Positions 11,910 to 23,529 of a DNA stretch of 64,000 nt are shown piece after piece. This DNA is from Eledone cirrhosa (Eukaryota). Below the pieces are notes generated by a model. That model was not told the origin of the DNA and did not search any database. It saw only the letters and a program-made list of their open reading frames with translations. The DNA lies in contig OZ024750.1 in the NCBI GenBank assembly GCA_964016885.1, positions 50,468,001 to 50,532,000 on the forward strand, read 5' to 3'. Positions within the stretch are counted from its first letter, which is position 1, and every line of letters starts with the position of its first letter. Made by a program: the position numbers and the translations under genes.

Positions 11910-14900
11910 TGTAGGTGGTGGTCGTGGCTTTTAACAGGTGAATGTTGTTTTAGGCAGAATATTTCTATATATCTGTCTATGTGTGTGTGTGTCTATTGGG
12001 TAAAAATAAGGTCAGAGGTTCAGTGGTGGGTAAGGACAGAATATATAAGCTACGAAAGAGTGCTTTGGCTTCTGTTCTAAATTTCATGTTACTCCAGTTC
12101 ACTCAGCTGGCAAGAGGGAATCAAGCGCATTCTTTCCTTTTTACTTGGAAATATGACATATATACAGTATATAGAATTATTAGAACATCTGACTGATAAA
12201 ATGACAAGTCAGTCAATTATATTGCTGGCCTCCCCACAGCCCTGGCGGACAGAATGGAGAAGGTGTTTCCCCGGCGGACGGCAAGGGAGACACGCTGGAA
12301 AAGCTATTCGAGCTCGCCAGGCTCACACCTGCGGCTGGCCAGCTCAGCGCCTATGGTGGTGAGTAGAGAGGTAGCCCTAGGGCTAGAAGTCTCCACTGAC
12401 AAGGGTACAATCGCAAACCTGTCGAAGAGCGACCGGTATTTGCAGATTTTGGCCTCCTCAGGCCGACGTGCAGCAGAACCTGGATTAGTCGCAGACTGCA
12501 CCAGGTTGCGACTGCAGAAAGTGTCGGTGCAAGTAGCATCCAGACGAGGGTTTTGCAAGAGCGGAACGGGAAGAGCGTCATGCTATCTGGCCTTTTGCCG
12601 TCCCCTCCGTCCAGCCCCACCAGTTCGAGCTGGGAAGGGAAGCCTGCAGCGTCCAAGTCATGCTTTATGACATCGTTCAGGGCAGCATGGCGTCGAATGC
12701 GGCCGGCACTGTGGCGACAGGAAAGCGGATGGAGACCGAAAGATTCCATGGTGGATCCACAGCGACATTGGTGTGGCTCGCAGATCAGGAGGCCAAGCAC
12801 CAAGGAAACGCCGATGCGCAGGCTATCGTTATCTAGCTGCGTGACAGTGGAGAAGGAGTGATGGAGCCAGGCACCATTGTGGGGTTTGGAGGCCGCACGG
12901 AAACAGACAAGGTGGGGCTGGTCGAGGCTGCATTGGATGGCATCCCAAATGCTTTGGGGGAAGTTGACGTCAGCAGGGGGAGAATGAGGTGGTACGTCTA
13001 CTAGGCTAAGACCCAGCCGGTTCCACGTCTCTCAGGCGGCCTCAGGTTCCCTGATCACAGAGGGTTCCCTTGTGTATTGGAGAACCCTGCTGACGTGTTA
13101 CGTGGCATGAGGTTACCAACGAAAGAAACGCCGGCAAAGCCAATGAGATCGGGGACCGTAAGCCAAGGCCGCCATACCTGACAGGTAAAGTGGTCTGTTG
13201 ACATCCAATGTCGTCAAACTTAACTCCTCGGTTGCTGTTCGGAGACAAGTATCAACGTCAGTGAGGAGAGAAGCGTGAGTGTAGCACAGAGCGCTGCGAA
13301 GGTGATAGAGGAGCTTCAGCATTGCGAAGTAATTCCTAAACAGAAAGAGACCTGGTTGATCGTTGATCAAGCGCATCGGCTCGTGAGGGTCTGGAGTTTT
13401 GGGATCCTGGATCTGATGGTGGAGTGGATGGCCGGTGGTTGGATCGATGACACGAGGATGAGGACAACCTCTTTGGGGTGTCATGGCAGACAGTCTTTAC
13501 GGACCCAGCCAACGTAGCATCACCCAGCTACCAAACGTTGAGAGGGGCCGTGTTACTCCGGGAAATCTGGTCTATACCAATGGCAAACAGCAGGGGCCCA
13601 AAGGGTCGCCTTGTAAGCCCCCAGTGGCCGAAGGTATGACCGTATCAGTAGTAAGGAGCATGTTCGGGGTTCCATACGATAGGTAGGCCAGCGGGTAGTC
13701 AAAGGGGGCTCGGCTGAGGCAGGCATCGAGTAGATGGTCCCGGCGTATGCAGTTAAAGGCATTCCCCATGTCAAGCTTGACAATAGTCACTAGATGGCGG
13801 TTCCTGTGGGCAACTGTTGAAGAACTGCCTGGTTGCATGTGCGGTCCCGATCAGCCACCGGACACGCCGACACCCAGTTGCACCGCAGTAATCTCCTCGC
13901 CCAGTTCAGGTGTTATGGACCTGCAGACTACCTTGGTAGCCAGCCTCCTGAAGACATTGCCCACAGCGATGGGGCGTATGCCACCCTCTTTCTTCCTGAG
14001 AGCGGTCAGGCTAGACGAAAAGAAGAGGCCTTGGGCGTAAGGGTCCAGGGTGCCATGGTTAATTATATTGGTAAGTGCCACAATTGCACTCAGAAGGCGG
14101 CGCCCGGCCTCAGCGGAAAGGGGGGACAGCAGCTCCTTAAGGTGGCCTGTGTGGAGACCATCAGCACCTCCACTGCTCCTAGATGGGAAGGACTTGATGG
14201 CGGATATGATTTCTGCGTCGGAAGCTACAAGACGCAAGTCGGGATCGGGTGGGGTTATGGGTCTGAGGTCAGCCGGTGGCTCTGGGTTCTTGAGTCGCAG
14301 GGCAGCCTGGACCTTCTCGGTGGATTGGAGGACAGTGTCCTCTTAGGCAACCACTCAGACTGCGGCCGAGACATCACCCTTGATTACTTTGGCGTTTACG
14401 CGGTCACGCAAACGCTTGGCGCTGGCCTCAGGAGTGGAAGATTGGGGGCACTCGAGAGTGGGGTGTGTGGCGTCCTTAGGCACGCTTGGAATTGGCGCTT
14501 GCCCAAAGGCGAAACCTTGGCATTGACAAAGGCAGCTGTCGACCGGCCGCCTCGATCAGCGCCAGAGCTGGCGAGGTCAAGGGCGAGTGGGGCGAAATAG
14601 AAGAGTCGCTCCCAGTCGCTGGCTCGATTGGAGTCCAGGGCGCTCTCAATCGAGTAAGTGAGGGCATCGGCTACCGGCCCCTGGGCCGCTCTCGGGATCT
14701 TCAGTGGAATTTGCCGGAGCCACCTGAGCCGAGCGATGTTGAACAGCGAGGCTTGGGCGTCGGGCAAGCTCGCTGTGGCTCTTCTGGTGGTACGCCAGAC
14801 GGCCGTGGATGACCAGACGAGGGGAAGAGACAGTTTCTGCATCTCAACGCTGCGAGGGAACAGGAGGTTCGATGCGTCAAGCCACCACAGGTGAGGTGGT

Positions 14901-15026
14901 GGAAGCAGCCGCACTCAGAACAGTTCCGGGGCCCTCTTCCGCCTGTTCGTGCTGCTGCAAGTGCTAATTGTGGCGTGGAGTTAGAGTGAGAAATTCTATT
15001 TTAGGAATATTTTGAAAGGTATGTAG

Positions 15027-15030
<4 letters not shown>
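11910..15030 (-). mobile_element. Decayed CRE-clade non-LTR retrotransposon (RT, CCHC finger, restriction-like endonuclease)
   Basis: Broken minus frames give GGIRPIAVGNVFRRLATK, QLGVG, LDMGNAFN, GGLQGDPLGP, NVW*LGDATLAG (YLDD position), LPVRYGGLGL, CRCG...HPLSC and RHAALND...KRPD. (TA)n lies on both sides. Confidence 0.9.
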
Positions 15031-15119
<89 letters not shown>

Positions 15120-15130
15120 TAACAGATTAA

Positions 15131-15181
15131 ATTGTAAGCAAAGAATCGCTGCTTTCACCCTTAACGGGATCTTCTGAAACT
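15131..15181 (-). ncRNA. Hammerhead-like motif, CAGAAGA-core family (antisense copy)
   Basis: Reverse complement reads AGTTT CAGAAGA TCCC GTTAA GGGT GAAA GCA...TGC TT. The 3' arm of stem I is mutated. Confidence 0.5.
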
Positions 15182-15183
15182 CT

Positions 15184-15250
<67 letters not shown>

Positions 15251-16350
15251 GTACGAGAATAGACCTATGAAAAATAGATCCCGACGCATTATATGGTATA
15301 ACGCATAATATAATATGGAGGTGGCCACACCATTAGCTAAGAACTGTCTCTTCCTTATTATGAAGCATTTCCCCCCAGCACATAAATATAGTAAAATCTT
15401 TTGTAAAAATATCATTAAATTGTCTTGCTCTGCGACTCCTAACGTGGCACATAACATCACAGCTTCAAATTTAGCTAAACTACCTAGCCGTAGGAACATG
15501 TGCAACCCTGTAGCTAGTACTAACTAACTGTAGGAATCAGGTTGATTGCCCCCTATCCGGGAAATGCCTCTCTAGTAACATTGTCTACAAATGTAACATC
15601 CCGTAGGGCCTACATAGGGTTAACCGCAATAGATTCAAGCAGCGTCTTTACACGCATACCCATTCTCTTCTTAGCCCTTTAAGAATGAATATGACGTAAC
15701 TTTCAGCTTATATCTGGAGTCTAAAAGACAACCACTCCCAATATAAATTACACTGGAAAATCTTAGCTACGGCTAGATCGTATAACGGAAATAAAATACC
15801 AAGCGACCTCTGCGCCGCCGAGGCCCTGGAAATACTCTACGCCAAAGACCACATCTTAAACAAAAAATCTGAGGCAATTTCGGCTTGTAAACATAAATTG
15901 CACAAAACCTTCCTGTATTACCGCCCCACATTATACCCTAACGGATAGTAAAAAACATTACGCGGATATTTTACGTCTTGATGTGGTAGCTAATTATATA
16001 TTATGTTTATACCATTACTTTTTTGTATAAGAAAGTATATATTACCTGTATGTTTTGTGAAGGTACGTATACATTCTCGTACGTATATTTGCTTGTAGAT
16101 GTTATGGCGTATATATTATGTATACTGGTACATATGCATATGGTAATGTGTATACGTGAGTTTTGCGTCTGTGTGAGTAAGCGGGTTCGTACGTATGTAG
16201 GGTGTGTGTATATGTGTACTTTGTGTTTTGGTCGACGTACGTCTGCGAACATATGTGTATTTACATGTAGGTATGTGTGTACGCGCGTTATATATGTATT
16301 TATGTGTATCTTTGAAATATGTACTCCTGCGTTCACTGATTGATTTTTTT

Positions 16351-16401
16351 AGTTTCAGAAGATCCCGTTAAGGGGGAAAGCAACAATTCTTTGCTTAAAT
16401 T
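16351..16401 (+). ncRNA. Hammerhead-like motif with variant core CAGAAGA (U4A)
   Basis: AGTTT-CAGAAGA-T-CCC gttaa GGG-G-GAAA-GCAA caattct TTGC-TT-AAATT. Lies in the PLE 3' UTR, before AATAAA. Confidence 0.6.
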
Positions 16402-16425
16402 TTAATCTGTTATTTTAATAAATGG

Positions 16426-16475
<50 letters not shown>

Positions 16476-16478
<3 letters not shown>

Positions 16479-16648
16479 GATGGGCCAGAATTCAAGACTC
16501 GCTTGTTAGTTATATTTCTTAACACGCTTATTTTATTGTTATTGTATTGTTTTAATTTATTATGTTATTTCTTAATATGTCTCACGGGTTTTTTATTGTT
16601 AATAGATCTATAAATAATCAAGTGAGACATGAATTCTGGCCCACCCTG
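16476..16648. mobile_element. Tc1/mariner-type MITE
   Basis: Terminal inverted repeats (TIRs) CAGGATGGGCCAGAATTCA / TGAATTCTGGCCCACCCTG, inserted in a TA tract. Confidence 0.8.
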
Positions 16649-16799
16649 TCTATATATATATGTGTGTGTGTGTTTTTATCTATGTATGTCTGTGGCTACT
16701 CAAGGGGATTTGTCTTCTGTTTTTGTGTCGTATTTGTTGGTGACACCCACCCTATGTGATTATGTCGATCATGTTCTCTGAGTTGAATGCGAGACACTG

Positions 16800-17525
16800 G
16801 GAAAATCTCTACTTTCTAGCTCGACTGCCACACCTAGCAACGGACGATGGCTAGTGACACCTGCTGCAACAGACACCCAACCTTGCGGCGTTCTCTCCCC
16901 AGAGGGGCCGACGACGCTCCGATCTTCTGAAGGAGCTCAGCAGTACAGGATAGAAGTACACCTAAGGTGACCACTGCGAAGAGGAAGCGGTCCGGCAAAC
17001 TCCGGTATTTGTTTATTTTACGTTCTTCTGCGAGGCGGGCTCCGATGCCGGGTTTTTGGCCGAAGCGACTAAGTCGGAGGCGGAGAAGGTGTCGCAGCAG
17101 GTGGCCTCCCAGATAGGTGATCTACCTCCTTCGAATGGGAAGAGGGTAATACCGTCGAGGCGCTTGCCATCTCCGCGGTCTATGCCTGCTGTCTCCAGTT
17201 GAGATGGAAAGCCAGCTGCGTCCAGGCTTCTTCTCAATATGTCATTGAGAGCGGCGTGACGAGGGGGACCAGCCTGCGTGTTGGCGGCAAGACAGAGGGT
17301 GCAGGCCGAACTTGTCAACAACCGCCCCGTAGCGGCATTTATGTGGATCACACACACGGAGGTTACTCCGATGTGAGTGCACCCATTACCAAGTAGGTTG
17401 CCGGTTGAGTTTTGAGCCAGGAGTCGCTGTTGGGCTGAGAAGCGGAGCGGAGTCGGGCGGGGTGTGTTTTTGTCCAAGCCAGACTCGATTCGCCTGGTCT
17501 GAACAAGAGACAAGATAGTGTCGTC
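16800..17525 (-). mobile_element. Second CRE-like fragment (RLE region)
   Basis: ORF 17013-17513 contains RHAALNDILRRSL...GDGKRLDGITLFPF...WEATCCDT, homologous to 12351-12803. Confidence 0.85.
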
Positions 17526-19133
17526 TAGACGACGTTTTAATCCTCATCCATCGCTCCTGACATTGAACTAAGCAACATTAACAACTATAATAATACCAAT
17601 CTTTAAAAGTATTACTACAGTATGGCCGTACTCTAATCACCAAAACGAATACATTTTTATCCAATGACTTATGACAAATCCTTATACCATGTCTGATATC
17701 TACATATGTATATATTTTTGTGTTAATGTGAGTATATATGTTTACTGTTTGTGACTGTGTGTGTTTACTTGTTCAAATGTTCCCGTCTATATGGGTGTGT
17801 GTGTGTGTCTCAGTGGGTTTGATTGTGTAAATGTTTCTTTTATCTGTAACATTTAATTATTTTCTTTTCTTTCTGACGCGTGAATCAAAATTAAAATCAT
17901 AGAACATCAGAATGAAGCTGTGTAAATATACACAACCAAGATAAATTTATGTAATAGAAATGGATTTGTATACAATGTAGAACAGAATTCTCCAAGTTTC
18001 TTTCTAAATTGATAATCTACTACGGATTAATAACAATATCTCTGACACTATGGGGGGTTATAAAACTGCACCTCTAGAATCCAACGGCTCGGTTTTAGTG
18101 AGTTTCTTCAATGTTGTACATTTAATAGAGAAGATCTCTGATGTAAATGAATTAACAGTGACAGGTTATTACTAGTGACTGCCAAACATTTGCTGCAAAC
18201 ATGGATGGAGAATGGGGAAGAAGAAAATTTATGCGATGTCTTAGAGCCAACATTGAGTAATACGAACAGAGAAATAAAACATTTGTCGTAAAGATATTAC
18301 AACGGGTCCCAGAACGACTGCCTCTCAAGAAATAATTTCATTAAGGACTTATTCCGTTTTAGTACCTCTGAATCTTCCTATAAAGTTTGCTGCTCTCTCT
18401 CCAAATGACTATTAAAATAGAATTCTTTTACAGACAATGTCAGTATAGTATCGTGAAATGCAATTGGTATATAACACCAAAACGGGAATTGATATATAAC
18501 ACCAAAACCAGTCAAATTATAATGTAATCTACACGTTACTCAAATAAAAAGCTTCACATTTTAAATGCAATACAGATCGATACGTTAAATTGGTCAGATT
18601 CCTGAAATATTATCAGCTATTCTTACATAGTCTAGCGAAACTATGTATTCAAAGGCAATCCCCATAATGATGAGTCCGTACGTTATATGTAATATTCATT
18701 TTTAGTATGATGTATTCTTATCAGACACTTATTGCAGATATGATATATTTCCCTAAACAGTAAAATGCACTTTAAAATGTTTTATAATATTTATGTATAC
18801 ACTTCTACTTTCTGTCTACTCATCTTTGCATAAGATGTTAGGCAGCGGCGGAACAAAACTAGGAGAATCAGAGATTGAGAATCCAACTTCTTATCCTTTC
18901 GGGAAAGTGTACATCATTCCCCATATAAAAGAATAGTTATCTTCATCAGACTGAAATTACCATATTGCTGAAACAATAACGGATTGTGGTTAACTAACGT
19001 ATATTAATAATGCAGACATTAAGATGAATTAAATTTAAAATAATATTAATTATATAAGATTATATTATTATCAGCACATTAGGGACTGTATCCAACACAC
19101 TTGGCAAATCTCTTATTTAGCTAAACTGTATAC

Positions 19134-19291
<158 letters not shown>

Positions 19292-19357
19292 TCAATCGGG
19301 TGCAAGTCTGGTACTTGCAGCTGCAACTTCGATTATAATCATCACTATTAAATATAT

Positions 19358-20361
19358 ATATATATCAAAGGAATATATTGAGTTAGAAACTCAAAATAGT
19401 CTCTTACAATAAAATAGCTCAAGGAAAGAGATTTTTCCGAGCCGTATTCGCTAAGGCGAAAAAAATACTAACTATGGACAATAGGGTTTGCCAGACTCAA
19501 TTTAAGTATAAATGAAGAAAATAAATACAAACTACCAATCACCCAGACAGCGTTTGGCGATGCTGTTTCGCAAATTAATTCTGAAGAGGATTACCAATTC
19601 ATATTGCTCATCTGTGGGTGAAAAATTAGTAAACTCTTCACTTCTAAGTATATCAGAAAACTGAATAGTGTGCGTATATATAATAACGCACGTGGTATCA
19701 GAACCTAGCGTGTCTCACAAACTCACACCACTAAAAATAGCAGCCAACTTTACTCGACATTTAAATTAGCTCAACAAATTAACGAATCTTGTCCCGTACA
19801 ATTTGAACACATATATGTATATATCTGTGTTTATCTCTCTTTCATATTCAATTATAATATACGGCTCGTAAAAATCTCTTTCCTTGAGCTATTTCATTGT
19901 ACGAGACTATTTTGAGTTTCTAACTCAATATATACCTTTGATATATTCGGCTCCGTTAATTTGTTGAGCTAATTTAAATGTGGAGTAAACTTGGCTGCTA
20001 TTTTAGTGGCGTGAGTTTGTGAGACACGCTAGGTTCTGTTGCCATGTGCGTTATTGAATATAAGCACACTATTCAGTTTCCTGATATACTTAGAAGTGAG
20101 GAATGTACTAATTTTTCACCCATTCATGAGCAATAATTGGTAATTCTTTTCACAATTAATTTGAGAAACGTCATCACCAAACGCTTTCTGGGTGATTGGT
20201 AGTTACAACACTTCCGGTTTGTATTTATTTTCTTGATTTATTCTTAAATTGAATCTGGCAAACCCTATTGTCAATAGTTAGTATTTTTTTCTCCTTAGCA
20301 AATCTGGTCCCTTACAATATGAACACATATATGTCTGTGTTTATCTCTCTTTTCTATTCAA
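19358..20361. mobile_element. Inverted/tandem PLE-type terminal cluster
   Basis: 19360-19445 is inverted against 19860-19945, and 19446-19785 against 19955-20300. 19790-19852 is repeated directly at 20306-20361. A same-family tail lies at 9015-9097. Confidence 0.75.
19539..19621 (-). ncRNA. Type I hammerhead ribozyme with extended stems II and III
   Basis: Minus strand: TCACCCA-CAGATGA-GCAA...TTGC-GAAAC AGC atcgccaaac GCT GTC-TGGGTGA. Stem I is 7 bp and the triplet is GUC. A decayed partner lies at 20116-20195 (+); the two copies together imply an ancestral CTGATGA. Confidence 0.8.
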
Positions 20362-20890
20362 CTAGCAGTGGTCCCCGGCGTTGCATAGGATAAGGTATTA
20401 TGGAACGCGGGCCGCCAACAGACCTAATCGTGGAAAAACTGCATGCGTGGACAATATGTAAAGAAAATAAACCGAATACTCGGATGGCTGGATAATCATT
20501 AATATTTTCCTCGATGAAGCAGGAAAAATGCAGGTTTTCAACTAATGCGGGCCCTAGGGAATCAAGAAAATTAATTTTTTTATATGCATAATATGCCTTG
20601 AAATTTTGGGAAAATCGGCTAGACGTAACGCCTCAAAAAGCCCTAAAAAGATGAAACATGAAGTTTTTCACCTAATGCCATAAAATAGTTGGATTTCCTT
20701 TGCTCACGGTATGAAGAAGAGACTGACTAATACATAGTTACAATTTCAAGGAAATCAGTCGCACGTAACGACTCAAAAAAAACCTAAAAACCTGAAAAAA
20801 ATGCAGTTTTTCAACAAATGCGGCCCCAGGGCATCAAAAAGTCGAATTTGTGTATGTGCATAACACTCCCTAAAACATAAGTAATACACA
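20362..20890 (-). mobile_element. Non-autonomous Helitron 3' part
   Basis: The minus strand ends CCTATGCAACGCCGGGGACCACTGCTAG followed by T. Homologous to 58080-58409. Confidence 0.8.
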
Positions 20891-20892
20891 TT

Positions 20893-22372
20893 GTGTGTGT
20901 GTGTGTGTGTGTGTGGTGGCGTAACTATGTAAAGGTGCGCATGTATGAATGGGTGTGTGTGTGTGTGTGTGTGTGTGGTGGCGTAACTATGTAAAGGTGC
21001 GCATGTATGAATGTGTGTGTGTGGCGTAACTATGTAAAGGTGCGCATGTATGAATGGGTGTGTGTGTGTGTGTGTGTGGTGGCGTAACTATGTAAAGGTG
21101 CGCATGTATGAATGTGTGTGTGTGTGTGTGGTGGCGTAACTATGTAAAGGTGCGCATGTATGAATGTGTGTGTGTGTGTGTGTGTGTGTGGTGGCGTAAC
21201 TATGTAAAGGTGCGCATGTATGAATGGGTGTGTGTGTGTGTGTGTGTGTGTGGTGGCGTAACTATGTAAAGATGCGTATGTATGAATGTGTGTGTATGTG
21301 TGTGTGTGTGGTGGCGTAACTATGTAAAGGTGCGCATGTATGAATGTGTGTGTGTGTGTGTGGTGGCGTAACTATGTAAAGGTGCGCATGTATGAATGGG
21401 TGTGTGCGTGTGTGTGGTGGCGTAACTATGTAAAGGTGCGCATGTATGAATGTGTGTGTGCGTGTGTGTGGTGGCGTAACTATGTAAAGGTGCGCATGTA
21501 TGAATGTGTGTGTGTGTGGTGGCGTAACTATGTAAAGGTACGTATGTATGAATATGTGTGTGCGTGTGTGTGGTGGCGTAACTATGTAAAGGTGCGCATG
21601 GATGAATGTGTGTGTGTGTGGTGGCGTAACTATGTAAAGGTACGTATGTATGAATATGTGTGTGCGTGTGTGTGTGTGTGGTGGCGTAACTATGTAAAGG
21701 TGCGCATGTATGAATGTGTGTGTGTGTGTGTGGTGGCGTAACTATGTAAAGGTGCGCATGTATGAATATGTGTGTGCGTGTGTGTGTGTGTGGTGGCGTA
21801 ACTATGTAAAGGTGCGCATGTATGAATGTGTGTGTGTGTGTGTGGTGGCGTAACTATGTAAAGGTGCGCATGTATGAATGTGTGTGTGTGTGTGTGTGTG
21901 TGTGGTGGCGTAACTATGTAAAGGTGCGCATGTATGAATGTGTGTGTGTGTGTGTGTGTGTGTGTGGTGGCGTAACTATGTAAAGGTGCGCATGTATGAA
22001 TGTGTGTGTGTGTGTGTGTGTGCGTGTGTGTGTGTGTGGTGATGTAACTATGTAAAGGTGCGCTTGTATGAATGTGTGTGTGTGTGTGTGCGTGTGTGTG
22101 ACTGTGGTGGCGTAACTATGTAAAGATGCGCATGTATGTGTGTGTGTGTGTGTGTGGCGTAACTATGTAAAGGTGCGCATATATGAATGTGTGTGTGCGT
22201 GTGTGTGTGTGCGTGTGTGGTGGCGTAACTATGTAAAGGTGCGCATGTATGAATGTGTGTGTGTGTGTGCGTGTGTGTGTGTGGTGTAAATATGTAAAGG
22301 TGCGCATGTATGAATGTATGTGTGTGTGTGTGTGTGTGGTGTAAATATGTAAAGGTGCGCATGTATGAATGT
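20893..22372. repeat. Minisatellite: constant core GGTGGCGTAACTATGTAAAGGTGCGCATGTATGAA separated by variable-length (GT)n, about 26 copies
   Basis: Read directly from the sequence. Confidence 0.95.
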
Positions 22373-22799
22373 ATGTGTGTGAGTGTGTGCATGTGTGTGT
22401 ATGTGTGTGTGTGTGTAAGGATGATAGTGTATTTATGGAAATTAGCACTTGTATGTGTATGTAATGATGTAGTGATATATATATGCATCTGTGTGTGCGA
22501 GGATGTGTGTGTTCACGTAGTTATGTATGTGTGTGCTAGTATGTGTATACGTGTGTCTCGGTGCCGGATCATCTAGCTACGTAAGCATGAACGTATGCAA
22601 CAGTGTGTGTGTGTGGTTGGTGTGTGTGAGTGGCGTGTGTGTGTACGTGCGTGTGTGTGTGTGCATGTGTGTGTGTGTGTGTATGAGCGAGTAGCTATGT
22701 AAGCCTGCGACTATATGTATGTGTTTCTATGCATGAGTGTATATATGTGTTTGTGTGTGCATGTGTTATCGTGTAGTACTGTATGCGTGCGTGTGTTTG

Positions 22800-23365
22800 T
22801 AACAGCTTGGGTGTGTGTGTCAGCGTGTGTGTGTGTCAGCATGTGTGTGCCAGCATGTGTGTGCGTCAGTGTGTATGTGTGTGTGTGTTCAGTGTGTGTG
22901 TGTCAGCGTGTGTGTGTATCAGCGTGTGTGGTTTGTCAGCGTGTGTGTGCCAGCGTGTGTGTGTCAGCGTTTGTGTGTATCTGTGTATCAGCGTGAGTAT
23001 GTGTCAGTGTGTGTGTGTGTCTCAGCGTGTATGTGTGTGTGTGTATCAGCGTGTGTGGTTTGTCAGCGTGTGTGTGTCAGCGTGTGTATGTGTGTGTGTA
23101 TCAGCGTCTGTGTGTGTGCCAGCGTATGTGTGTGTATCAACGTGAGTGTGTGTCAGCGTGGGTGTGTCAGCGTGCGTGTGTGTATCAGCGTGTGTGTGTA
23201 TCAGCGTGGGTGTGTGTGTGTGTCAGTGTGTGTTTGTGTCAGCGTGTGTCTGTAGCAGCGTGTGTGTATCACCGTGTATGTTTGTGTGTAAGCGTGCGTG
23301 TGTATGTATCAGTGTGTGTATGTGTGTGTCAGCGTGTGAGTGTATGTGTGTGCCAACGTGTGCAC
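22800..23365. repeat. Degenerate (GT)n-TCAGC minisatellite
   Basis: Recurring TCAGCGTGTGT motif. Confidence 0.85.
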
Positions 23366-23457
23366 GATCAAGTAGTAAGTGAGAGTATGCATCAGTCATC
23401 ATGAGGTTGTGCAAGTGTGCGACCATGCTTGTGTGTACGTTATACATATATGTGTGC

Positions 23458-23495
<38 letters not shown>

Positions 23496-23529
23496 ATATA
23501 TGTGTGTGTATATGTGTGTGTATGTGTGT

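Larger units (their letters stand above)
15113..16420 (+). mobile_element. 5'-truncated Neptune-like PLE: linker, GIY-YIG endonuclease relic and 3' UTR, with an inverted copy of its 3' end upstream
   Basis: 15270-15941 translates (with stops and frameshifts) to KNRSRRIIWYN, KHFPPAHKYSKIF, CRNQVDCPLSGKCLSSNIVY, YIGLT, FKQRLYTH, YIWSLKD, WKIL and LNKKSE..SACKH. 15113-15182 is the reverse complement of 16351-16420. Confidence 0.9.

Noticed and set aside
13833-14600. 255-aa plus-strand ORF
   Set aside because: Antisense shadow of the GC-rich CRE-like element on the minus strand.
20893-22372. CRISPR-like array of constant repeats with variable spacers
   Set aside because: Spacers are only (GT)n length variants, there are no cas genes and the context is eukaryotic.
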